Virus record (IMG/VR): IMGVR_UViG_3300047157_000197
Span: 124,001 to 188,000 of that record
Length of the DNA: 64,000 nucleotides
Strand: one strand, 5' to 3'
Position numbers and translations under genes: made by a program. Under the pieces are notes generated by a model. The model ran no database searches, was not told the origin of the DNA, and was given only the letters and a program-made list of their open reading frames with translations. Positions 1-10,403 of this stretch are shown one piece after another. The stretch's first letter is position 1. Each line of letters starts with the position of its first letter.

Positions 1-3000
1 ACAATCACATCTGGTAGTAATATCATTACTATAACTTCAACTGCAAGTGGTGGAGGTGGTTCAAACGAATCTTTAAACTCATTTACTGCATCATACTATA
101 CAGATTCTTCATCATTTGATTCAAGAATTGTAGGTATTTCTGCAAGTGGTAGTGGTGCTGATTGGAATACTAATTTACAAAATATTCCAAATGGAATTAT
201 TAGTGGTTCTATTCAAATTCTTGGTGGAACTGATATTATTAGTAGTTCTGCTCAAATATCATCTTTAGGATTTTTAACATCATCACATACAGATATATCA
301 TCTTTAAATGATTATACTGCATCAAATGATTTAAGATTAACTAATTTAGAATCAACAACTTCTTCATTAGATACACGAATAACTCAATTATCAGATACGA
401 CTGGTTCTTATGAAACAATAGGTAGAGGGATAATAAGTTCATCAGAACAATTCCCAAGTGGTATTGTTTCAAGTTCGGTTCAAATATTAGGTGGGACAGG
501 AATCCTTAGTGGTTCACATAGTGATTTATCATCATTAAATACATACACATCATCTACTGATGAAAGATTATCAAATATAGAAGCTGCAACTGGTTCTTAC
601 TTAACAAGTGATAGTGATTCTCAAACACTTTCTATAAGTGGAGACCAATTAACAATATCAAGTGGTAATGTTGTAACTATACCAACTGGTTCAAGTGCAG
701 TAGAAGGAACTATTAGTGGTTCACAACAAATAACTGATTTAGGATTCATTTCTTCATCACATACAGATGTAACTCATTTAAATACGTTTACTTCATCAAT
801 ACAAACCGAAGTAGATGCATTATCTGCAGCAACATCATCGTATTTAACAAGTGAAACTGATTCTCAAACACTTTCTATAAGTGGAGACCAACTTACAATA
901 TCAAGTGGTAATACAATAACAATACCAAGTGGTAGTAGTGGTACAACAGATTATACTCAACTTACAAATGTTCCAAGTGGATTAGTAAGTGGTTCATCTC
1001 AAGTAGATTATGATGTTCTAACTGGTGGTAAAGGATTACTTAGTGGTTCTCATACAGATATAAGTTCATTAAATGATTATACATCATCAACCGATACACG
1101 ATTAAGTGGTATAGATTCAATAACTTCTTCTTTAGAACAAAGAGTTAGTGAAATTGAATCAAATACAGGTTCATATGATGATTTAACAAATATAACACAC
1201 TTAAATACATTTACATCTTCTTATTATACTGATTCTGCATCATTTGATACTCAGATATCAACTGAAAAGGGTAGAATAGATAATATACTAAGTGGTGCTA
1301 ATGCAGATTACGACCAATTCGTAGAAATTGTTAATTTAGTTAACTCAACTGATACAGAAAACGATACGGCATTTGCAAACCATTATACTTCAAGTAGACA
1401 AAGGTTAACTGCTCTTGAAACATTCACATCATCAATAGATACAAGTATAAAATCTAAATTAGATTCTGATGGTGTATTTAGTGGTTCATTAGTTGCAGGT
1501 GAAAATATAACAATAAATGTAGATGGTAGTAACTATATTATATCATCTTCTGCAAGTGGTGGTAGTTCAAGTGTAACTGTTTCAGATTCTGCACCAAGTT
1601 CTCCATCACAAGGAGATTTATGGTGGAAATCAGATGATGGTAATCTTTATGTTTACTATGATGGGTATTGGGTAATTTCACTTGATACTACATCTACTTT
1701 ACCAAGTGGTGTAATTAGTGGTTCATCTCAATTAACTTCTTCTTATGATACAAGATATTCTTTAAGTGGTTCAAGTGGTGTATCTGATTATACTGATTTA
1801 ACAAATATACCTACTAATATTATTAGTGGTTCACAACAAATTACTGATTTAGGATTTATATCCTCATCACATACTGTAATTGACTCGTTAAATACATTTA
1901 CTTCATCAATACAAACAGAAGTAAATGCTATATCTGCTCAAACATCATCTTACCTAACAGAACTTCCTGATGGATTAGTTTCTGGTTCTGTTCTTAGAAC
2001 TTTAGGTGGAACAGGTGTTTTAAGTGGTTCTAAAACTGATATAAGTTCATTAAACGTATTCACTTCTTCAATTCAAACAGAAGTAGATGGTTTGAGTTCG
2101 TTTACATCATCTTATTTAACTGAAATACCAGCTGGTACAATAAGTGGTTCATCACAATTAACATCTTCTTATGATACAAGGTATGCGTTAAGTGGTTCTG
2201 GTGGTGGTGGAGATACTGATTTTGATGGAAATAGAATTGTATCACAAGAAAAACTACCAACGATGTTTTCATCATCGTTTAATCCAGGTACAAGTGGTTC
2301 AGTAGTAGATTTCTTAAACGCAGTATTTTATCCAAACTCAGACCCTGCTATATCAAGTGGTAATCAAACTATATCTGAATATAGTTCAAGTGGTTCACCA
2401 ATATTTACTTTAGAAGCAACAGACCCTGAAGGACAGGCATTAACATTTGGTACAGGTTCAACATATACTGATGATTTAGTTAGAGTTGCATCCAATGGTG
2501 TTGTAACCTTAAATGCAGTACCAACATCTGCATCATTTAATACTGATTTAGTAGGTGGTTCACATGGACATACGTTTATTGCAAAAACAACTGATACATT
2601 TAACTCATCAATTGAAAAAGATATTACAATATTTGTAACACCAAACTCAACACCTGTATTTAGAGAAACTTCTACTAGTGGAAATGTAATTACATCGGTA
2701 ACTTCAAACTTAAACGAAAGTTCAGCTGATAATACTTTATTAAAAAGAGTATTCTTTACAGATGCAAATGGAGATTCAATAACAATACACTCATCTTCAA
2801 TAGATGGTAATCATTTTGAAGTAATAAAATCATCAACGTATGTTGATATCTTACAAAATACTGGTTCTTTAAATTATGAAGAACAAACAACATATAATTT
2901 CAGTATATCTGCATCGGATGAACACTATGAGTTAGGACAAGATTCTGATTCAATAGCTGTTTTACCAATTACTGTAAATGTAACTGATAACTTAGTACCA

Positions 3001-6000
3001 ACTATTTCAAATCAATCACTATCATCTATAAATGAGAATTCATCAGATGGAACAACTGTTGGAACAATATCTGCAGCAGATAATGAAGGAGATACTATAA
3101 CATTTGCTAATTTTACTTTATATAAGTTAGAATTAGATAATGTAAATGTATCAAGTGGTTCGTATGGTGGTACTTCTCAATTAACAGACCCACATGAGAA
3201 CCCATTCCAAATGAGTTCAAGTGGAGTAGTGACAAGAAAAGTAGGAATTTTCTTAAATTCCGATTTAATAAACGAATACCAATATACAGTTCAAGTTAAA
3301 GATTCATATAACGAATCTTCTAACCCTGCAATCATCACAATACCAATTACTGATGATACACCAGCAATTATTTCTGATAACTGGTCAGCAGGACCGTATA
3401 TTAAAGAATCTGAAGAAAATGGTACAACTATAAAAACAACAAACTATGGTTCTAGTACTGCAGATTATAATTCAAATCAAAGTGGAACATTTACATCATC
3501 AAATCCAGCAATTGTAATAAATGGTAGTGGTAATTTATCATTAGGAGTTGATTTAAGTGGTTCTGTAACACAAAGTGATGATTCATTGGATTCTGTAATT
3601 ACATTTACTAATACTTTCGGTACAATAACGACTGATAACTTAAATGTAGATATAGTACACAACCATCACCCAAGTGCATCGTTCACATTACAAAATTCTA
3701 ATCTAAATACAAATTTAGCAACAACAAATACAAACTTGGTTCTTGTTTCGATAACTGACACTGAAGGTGATACTCCTTATTCTGCTTCTTTATCTGGTAC
3801 TGATGCGGGGAAACTCAATCTCAATTATACAAACTCAAATTCATCTTCTTTATACATTAGAGCAAATGAGAATTTATCTGCAGGGACCATAACTTATAAC
3901 CTAAGAGTATCTGATTCTTATAGTGAAGTTTCAGATTACATAGGTAACACGATTTCAATCAATCAAACCGATACTGGTACACTTGGTGGAGATACAACCT
4001 CTCATATTATAGAATCAGCAAGAAATAATGATTCATTGAGAGATGCAACTGGCTTTGAAGGTGGTAATACCTCTCAATTAACTGTTTCATACTCTGGTTC
4101 TGATGGAACTCCGAGTGTTCAATCATTTACTTCATCAAATCCATCGATAGATATTGATTCAAGTGGTAATCTTACCCTTGCAGTTGATATAAGTGGTTCA
4201 CTTACAAGTTCAGGTGATACAATTTCATCTGATATTACATTCCAAGATAACTATGGTAATGTTGGTAGTGGTAGTTTAACAGTAAATGTATTTGGAAACT
4301 CACATCCAAGTGCTTCGTTCACTAATAATAGTGGAGTTTACAATACAAACCAAGCAACATCAAGTGCATTAATGGTTTCACTAACAATTACAGATGAAGA
4401 ATCAGATACTCCATTCAGTATGAGTTTAAGTGGTACAGATGCTAACAAATTTAACATCGAATCACAAAATTCTAACACATCATCTATTCAATTAACTGCG
4501 GTTTCTGATTTAGATAGTGGAACTTACTCATATACTGCTTCAGTATTTGACCAATTTAGTGAAGTATCACAATATGAAAGAGAAATAACAATCGCAGAGG
4601 CTGATTTGGGTACTCTTTCAACAAATGGTACGTTCTATGTTATAGAATCTGCTGTAAATGGTAACAATATCGTAACAAACTCAAATGGTAGAACAGGAAC
4701 ACAAGGAGATTTAGGAGTTTCTTACTCACCTAACTATGGTTCACAAGTTGTACAAGAGTTTACTTCATCAAATGCATTTGTTTCTGTAAATTCAAGTGGT
4801 AATTTATCAGTTGGAACAAACATAAGTGGAAGTAGTGAAACAAGTGGAGATAGTATTACCTCTAATATAACTTGGGCAGACCAACATGGTAATGTAGGTA
4901 GTGGTTCTATATCAGTTAATGTAACAACTAACAATGCACCAACTACAAGTTCAGTATCAACTCAATTTGAAAACACAAATCAAGCAACTGGTTCCGTTGA
5001 AGTATTAGAATTAACAATATCTGATACTGAAAGTGATTCAATGCCAAATTCTGGCTTAACTTGGTCAAGTTATAACTCAACTTATTTCACACCATCGGTT
5101 TCAACACCTAATATGCGTTTAAATGCAAACAATATATCAGTTCCAAGTGGAACTTACCCTTGGGAAGTAACATTAAAAGATGAACATGGATTTAATACAC
5201 GAGTTGTAAGTGGTTCATTAGTAATAACACAAGCCGATACAGGTACTTTAGGAGGAGATACAACATCATATATTATTGAATCTGCATTAAGTGGTGATGT
5301 ATTAAGAGATGCAACTGGTTTTAACAATGGAAACCCATCTGATTTAGATGTTTCATATTCTCCATCATATGGTTCACCATCAGTTCAATCATTTACTTCA
5401 TCTAATCCTGCTATATTAGTTAATAGTAGTGGGGCTTTAACTTTAGGTGTAAATTTAAGTGGTTCAGTAACACAAAGTGGAGATACTATAAATTCAGATA
5501 TAACATTCCAAGATGAATATGGTAATATTGGTAGTGGTTCTGTAACTTTAACAGTATTTGGTAATCAATCACCAGCAGCATCATTCGTTTCATCTTCAAA
5601 TTATGAAGCTGATAACGCAACCAATGGTTCAACTGCAGGTTTAGTAACAGTATCCGATACTGAATCAAATTCACCATTTACTTTAACAATCGGTGGTACA
5701 CATGGTTCAAGTTTCCAAGTAAGTGGTAGTTCATCTCCATTTACAATACAACCGAATACAAGTTTATCGGCAGGAACATATACAATTGACATAACAGTAG
5801 CAGATAGTTATTCAGAATCAGTAACATTATCAAATGAAACAATAACAGTTGATGCATCAGCAAATAATGGTGAAATTTATATTTACTATTCTAATTTTGG
5901 TTCAAATGCAGGATTTAGTGCAAACTATAATGGTGTAATGGGTGCAAGTACTGTAAATAGTGATTCTCCACCTCAAGTAACTGCATATACTGCAAATACT

Positions 6001-6444
6001 GCATCACCATACTATAAATTTAAAGCAGGTGATATAGGAAGTACAAGTATTTCATTAGCAGGTGGAAAAACTGCAACATTAGCAGCAACAGTAAGTGGTT
6101 CTGATTTAAATACAGCAATATCTGCATCAGCTGGAGCTATGAGTTGGGCAGGTGGAGTACAAACAATTATAGTTTTCCCAAGTGGTTCATCAATGTTAGG
6201 TGTACCTACATCTATGACAGATGGATTTGGTGGAAGTACGACTGGAGAGTATGTTTTAGTAGAATATGCAGATGGAACGAGTGCACCTTTAGGAGCTTCA
6301 CCAACAGTAATACAATCTATTGTGTTAGATTCAACAAAAGATGGGTTTGATGAGTGGAATGTAATAGGAACAGTAGGACAGAACTCAGCAACAACAATGA
6401 GATTAAAAGTAATTGCAAGTAGTGGTTCACTTGGAGATTTTTAA
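1..6444 (+). CDS. Giant Ser/Thr-rich virion structural/adhesin protein with tandem cadherin-like (Ig) domains; 5'-truncated by the window (>2100 aa)
   Basis: Frame 1 appears open from base 1 (TITSGSNIIT...) into ORF 2092..6444, so the TTG at 2092 is not the true start. Cadherin-like motifs (ATDPEGQAL, DNEGDTI, DTESD), a GDLWW fibre motif near 1610 and many ISGSSQ repeats. Confidence 0.7.
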   Translation, partial: TITSGSNIITITSTASGGGGSNESLNSFTASYYTDSSSFDSRIVGISASGSGADWNTNLQNIPNGIISGSIQILGGTDIISSSAQISSLGFLTSSHTDISSLNDYTASNDLRLTNLESTTSSLDTRITQLSDTTGSYETIGRGIISSSEQFPSGIVSSSVQILGGTGILSGSHSDLSSLNTYTSSTDERLSNIEAATGSYLTSDSDSQTLSISGDQLTISSGNVVTIPTGSSAVEGTISGSQQITDLGFISSSHTDVTHLNTFTSSIQTEVDALSAATSSYLTSETDSQTLSISGDQLTISSGNTITIPSGSSGTTDYTQLTNVPSGLVSGSSQVDYDVLTGGKGLLSGSHTDISSLNDYTSSTDTRLSGIDSITSSLEQRVSEIESNTGSYDDLTNITHLNTFTSSYYTDSASFDTQISTEKGRIDNILSGANADYDQFVEIVNLVNSTDTENDTAFANHYTSSRQRLTALETFTSSIDTSIKSKLDSDGVFSGSLVAGENITINVDGSNYIISSSASGGSSSVTVSDSAPSSPSQGDLWWKSDDGNLYVYYDGYWVISLDTTSTLPSGVISGSSQLTSSYDTRYSLSGSSGVSDYTDLTNIPTNIISGSQQITDLGFISSSHTVIDSLNTFTSSIQTEVNAISAQTSSYLTELPDGLVSGSVLRTLGGTGVLSGSKTDISSLNVFTSSIQTEVDGLSSFTSSYLTEIPAGTISGSSQLTSSYDTRYALSGSGGGGDTDFDGNRIVSQEKLPTMFSSSFNPGTSGSVVDFLNAVFYPNSDPAISSGNQTISEYSSSGSPIFTLEATDPEGQALTFGTGSTYTDDLVRVASNGVVTLNAVPTSASFNTDLVGGSHGHTFIAKTTDTFNSSIEKDITIFVTPNSTPVFRETSTSGNVITSVTSNLNESSADNTLLKRVFFTDANGDSITIHSSSIDGNHFEVIKSSTYVDILQNTGSLNYEEQTTYNFSISASDEHYELGQDSDSIAVLPITVNVTDNLVPTISNQSLSSINENSSDGTTVGTISAADNEGDTITFANFTLYKLELDNVNVSSGSYGGTSQLTDPHENPFQMSSSGVVTRKVGIFLNSDLINEYQYTVQVKDSYNESSNPAIITIPITDDTPAIISDNWSAGPYIKESEENGTTIKTTNYGSSTADYNSNQSGTFTSSNPAIVINGSGNLSLGVDLSGSVTQSDDSLDSVITFTNTFGTITTDNLNVDIVHNHHPSASFTLQNSNLNTNLATTNTNLVLVSITDTEGDTPYSASLSGTDAGKLNLNYTNSNSSSLYIRANENLSAGTITYNLRVSDSYSEVSDYIGNTISINQTDTGTLGGDTTSHIIESARNNDSLRDATGFEGGNTSQLTVSYSGSDGTPSVQSFTSSNPSIDIDSSGNLTLAVDISGSLTSSGDTISSDITFQDNYGNVGSGSLTVNVFGNSHPSASFTNNSGVYNTNQATSSALMVSLTITDEESDTPFSMSLSGTDANKFNIESQNSNTSSIQLTAVSDLDSGTYSYTASVFDQFSEVSQYEREITIAEADLGTLSTNGTFYVIESAVNGNNIVTNSNGRTGTQGDLGVSYSPNYGSQVVQEFTSSNAFVSVNSSGNLSVGTNISGSSETSGDSITSNITWADQHGNVGSGSISVNVTTNNAPTTSSVSTQFENTNQATGSVEVLELTISDTESDSMPNSGLTWSSYNSTYFTPSVSTPNMRLNANNISVPSGTYPWEVTLKDEHGFNTRVVSGSLVITQADTGTLGGDTTSYIIESALSGDVLRDATGFNNGNPSDLDVSYSPSYGSPSVQSFTSSNPAILVNSSGALTLGVNLSGSVTQSGDTINSDITFQDEYGNIGSGSVTLTVFGNQSPAASFVSSSNYEADNATNGSTAGLVTVSDTESNSPFTLTIGGTHGSSFQVSGSSSPFTIQPNTSLSAGTYTIDITVADSYSESVTLSNETITVDASANNGEIYIYYSNFGSNAGFSANYNGVMGASTVNSDSPPQVTAYTANTASPYYKFKAGDIGSTSISLAGGKTATLAATVSGSDLNTAISASAGAMSWAGGVQTIIVFPSGSSMLGVPTSMTDGFGGSTTGEYVLVEYADGTSAPLGASPTVIQSIVLDSTKDGFDEWNVIGTVGQNSATTMRLKVIASSGSLGDF

Positions 6445-6452
6445 TATTTATA
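6444..6452 (+). promoter_or_regulatory. Putative late-promoter motif ATATTTATA (first of about 15 copies)
   Basis: Same 9-mer upstream of genes at 7091, 10314, 16237, 23015, 24388, 27184, 27800, 28830, 42828, 43473, 44813, 46930 and 52342; variants at 24756, 20284 and 57187. Confidence 0.65.
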
Positions 6453-6482
6453 AAATAAGGATATAAAAGAAAGAAAAATAAA

Positions 6483-7073
6483 ATGCCAATTAGTGTTAGT
6501 TCAAAATTACAGTTAAATTCAGCAGCAATAGCAGCGAATGATGTATTCGCTGATATTCAGAGAATTAAGGGTGCATTTAAGATTTATACCTCTACTGTAA
6601 TGAATTCAACATCTGTAAATCATTTTTCAGATGGACAAATTGTTTATGTAGAAGATAGTGGTTCTTTATATAAAGCTAATGTAACTTTAGCAGATTATGT
6701 AAGTACATTCGAAGATACAGTATCTTTTTCTCAATTTTCTTTCGATAGTGGTTCATTTACTTCAGCATCATTTGATACTGGAACATCGGTTCTTACTTTC
6801 TTCGGACAAAACTTAGTAGGTTCTCCTCAAACATCTATGTCAATAGACCTATCTTCTCTTGAAGGAGGAGGTGGAGGAGGCGGTGGAGATATTACCGCAG
6901 TATTCACATCAGATGAAGGTATTACAGGCGGTGCATCAAGTGGTAATGTTGTATTAGAATTAGACCCAGGTGATGGAATTGTTTTAAATTCAAGTGGTAT
7001 AAACGTAAGTACAGGTTCTGCTCATTTTGTGAGTGGAGTTCAAAAAGTAGAAATAGATGGAGAAACTTTTTAG
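6483..7073 (+). CDS. Virion structural/fibre-associated protein
   Basis: 196-aa ORF with a Gly-run linker, GDITAV motif and C-terminal IDGETF shared with neighbouring fibre genes. Confidence 0.6.
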   Translation: MPISVSSKLQLNSAAIAANDVFADIQRIKGAFKIYTSTVMNSTSVNHFSDGQIVYVEDSGSLYKANVTLADYVSTFEDTVSFSQFSFDSGSFTSASFDTGTSVLTFFGQNLVGSPQTSMSIDLSSLEGGGGGGGGDITAVFTSDEGITGGASSGNVVLELDPGDGIVLNSSGINVSTGSAHFVSGVQKVEIDGETF

Positions 7074-7241
7074 TATTAAAAATTCTCATCATATTTATAA
7101 AAGTAACAAACACTATATAGTGTTTTAATTATGGGAATATTCCCGTTGAACAAATGGTTACATAAATAAAATTCAATAAAGGTTATTTAACAAAAAATTA
7201 TTTTAAATTAACATTTTAACAAAAAAAGGAAAAAATTAAAA

Positions 7242-10200
7242 ATGGCACAAATTATTAAGCACAGAAGAGGTAATCTCGAAGGTCTGAAAGATGCAACAAC
7301 AAGAGCAGGTGAACTGTTAGTTGTTACTGGTTCAAGTGGTCTTGGAACGATTGCCAATGGAGCTGATTTAGTATTTGTTGGTATCGATGGTTCAACGGCG
7401 AGTCCTGTAAACAAAATATTACAAGGAACAACCGTACCGAATTTAAGTGGAGCAGACTACAACACTCATGTTGATGGTATTCCCTTCTTCGATACAGATG
7501 ATGAAAAATTATATATCTTAAACAAAGGTGGAAACGTCGAAGTTAAAGCATCTCCTCAAACAGGTGGAACAGGTATTGTATCTGGTTCCTCACAAGTAGT
7601 ATTACAATCTGCTGATAAAACAGGATTTACAGGAGCAAGTTCAATAACAACATTAGGTACAATTACTGCCGGTGTATGGAATGGTACTGCAATTGCAAAT
7701 GCTAATTTAGCAAACTCAAGTATAACAATAGATGGTTCTGCTATCTCATTAGGAGGTTCAGTAACTACTTTACAATTAGGTACAAGTTCAACAACTGCAC
7801 TTGCTGGAGATACAACAACTATAACTGGTGGACAAGCATCAGCAATTACTGCGAATACTGCTAAAGTATCAAACGTATCAACTGATTTAAGTATTAGTGG
7901 TACATCTGGAGCTAGCTAGAACGATAGAATCTTCAGATGGTACTAATGCAATCATACCAATAGCAACAACATCGGTTTCTGGTTTATTATCACCAGGATT
8001 ATTTGATGAAATAGATGCTAACACTGCTAAAACTGGAATTACTAGTGGTCAAGCATCAGCAATTACTGCGAATACTGCTAAAGTATCTGCTACTTCATCT
8101 AATGTAGTATCAGCACTTTCTAACCAAGCAACCGATTTCGGTACTGGTAGAGTTAGTGGTGATGATTTTGGTGATTCAGCTGGAACATCTACATTTACAG
8201 GTTCATTTGTTGGAGATGGTAGTGGTTTAACTGGATTAGCAACTAACTTAACTGTTGATGGTGATAGTGGAACTCAAAACGTAGATTTAATTGCAGATGA
8301 TTTACAATTCTTAGGAACTGCAAATGAAATCGCAACTGCAGTAACTAAAGTTGGTAATGATGTAAAAGTAACATTAAGTTTACCTGATGATGTAACAATC
8401 GGAAACGATTTAACAGTTGTTGGTAATTTAGAAGTACAAGGAACAACTACATCAGTTGATTCAACTACTGTTGTATTAGGAGATAACATTTTAGCTCTTA
8501 ATGGTAGTGGAGCAGCACTTGGTGGTTTAGAAGTACATGATTCAAATGGTCCTGCAAGTGGTTCATTATTATGGAATGGTACAACTAACCAATGGATTGC
8601 TGGAGCAAGTGGTTCAGAATCTAAAGTATTAGTTGCAAATGGTGATGGAGTATTCTCTGGTTCTGCACAAGTATCAGGAATTACAAATTCACAATTGGCT
8701 GGTTCAATATCAAATGATAAATTAGCTGGTTCTATATCTAACGATAAATTAGCTGGTTCAATTGCAAATAATAAATTAGCAAATTCTTCTATAACAATAG
8801 ATGGTTCTGCTATAGCATTAGGTGGTTCAGTAACTACTTTACAATTAGGTACAAGTTCAACAACTGCTTTAGCGGGTGATACTACAACTATAACTGGTGG
8901 ACAGGCTTCTGCAATTACTGCGAATACTGCTAAGAATACAAACGTAAGTACAGATTTATCTATAACAGGTACAACTGATGCTAGAACAATAGTTTCTTCA
9001 GATGGTACTAATGCAGTTATACCTGTTGCTACAACAAGTGTATCGGGTGTAATGTCAAAAACAATATTTGATGAACATACTGCAAATAACGCTAAGGTAT
9101 CTAACGTATCTACTAACTTATCATCAACAACTGCAACAGGACAAATAACAATTAATTCATCAGATGGTGATAATGTTGTTATTGGTGAAGCAACAGATGC
9201 TATTGCAGGTTTAATGAGTACAACTCATCACGATAAATTAGATGGTATTGAAGCTGGTGCTGATGTAACTGATGCTACTAATGTAACTGCTGCTGGAGCC
9301 TTAATGGATTCAGAAGTAACTAACTTAGCAGATGTAAAAGCATTTGATACTACTGATTATTTAGCAAGTTCAACAACAACTATAAGTGGAGCACAAGCAT
9401 CTGCAATTACTGCGAATACTGCTAAAGTATCTGCTACTTCATCTAATGTAGTATCTGCTTTATCAAATCAGGCAACTGATTTCGGTACTGGTAGAGTTAG
9501 TGGAGATGATTTCGGTAATGTTGCCGGAGATTCTACATTTACTGGTTCTTTCGTAGGAGATGGTAGTGGATTGACAGGATTAGCAACTAACTTAACAGTT
9601 AATACTGCTGATGTTGATTTATTAGCTGATGATTTAGATATCGTTGGTACTGCTAATGAAATCGAAGTTGCAACTGCAAAAGTTGGTAACGATGTAACTG
9701 TAACTATTGGTTTACCAGATGATGTATCAATTGGAAATAACCTTACGGTTGCTGGTAATCTTACAGTTGAAGGTACAACAACTACGGTTGATTCAACTCA
9801 AGTAACAATTGGTGATAGAATTATTGAATTAAACTATGCTAGAAATGCTGGTGATGCTGGTCTTTTAGTTTCTGATGTTGATGGTAGTGGAACTGTAAGT
9901 GGTTCTTTACTATGGGATGCATCTGCTGATAATTGGATGGCTGGTGCACTTGGAAGTGAAAAGGAAATTGCTTTATTAAACGCTTCTCCTACTTCTAATA
10001 CAGTACTTAAAGCTGATTCTAATGGATTATTAGTTGATTCATTGATTACTGATGATGGTACAAATGTAACAATAAGTGGAACTGCAGAATTAAGAATTAA
10101 TGCTGCAACTGCTAACTCATTTGTTTACTTTGATTCAAACAAATCTCTTGAATCGGTATCAGCTGCAACTGCAGGTGATGTAATTCAATGGAATGGTTCA

Positions 10201-10242
10201 TCATTCGTTGCTTCAAACGAGATAGATGGTGGTACATTCTAA
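7242..10242 (+). CDS. Tail-fibre-like protein (about 998 aa), split in this sequence by a 4-bp duplication at 7911-7918
   Basis: ORFs 7242..7919 and 7897..10242 fuse if one GCTA is removed, restoring ...ISGTSGARTIESSDG..., which matches the internal repeat ...ITGTTDARTIVSSDG.... N-terminus MAQIIKHRRG (Mtd_N-like), C-terminus IDGGTF. Confidence 0.7.
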
Positions 10243-10264
10243 TAGGAATATACCTTAATAAATC

Positions 10265-10296
10265 AATCCCCCTTGGTAACTTGGGGGATTTTTTTT
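10265..10296 (+). terminator. Intrinsic terminator
   Basis: AATCCCCC-N10-GGGGGATT stem followed by a T run, directly after the stop at 10242. Confidence 0.8.
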
Positions 10297-10403
10297 ATAC
10301 TTTTTATTTTTTTATATTTATATAGGTGGATGATAGTATAATAAATACCCAAAATCCTAATGCATTATATTTATTAGTAATATAAAAAAGATAACATAAT
10401 TAA

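Noticed and set aside
7917-7919. TAG stop-codon reassignment (alternative genetic code)
   Set aside because: The continuation is in another frame, TAG ends several intact genes (15566, 23031, 31719, 61215, 63270), and code 11 gives dense coding.
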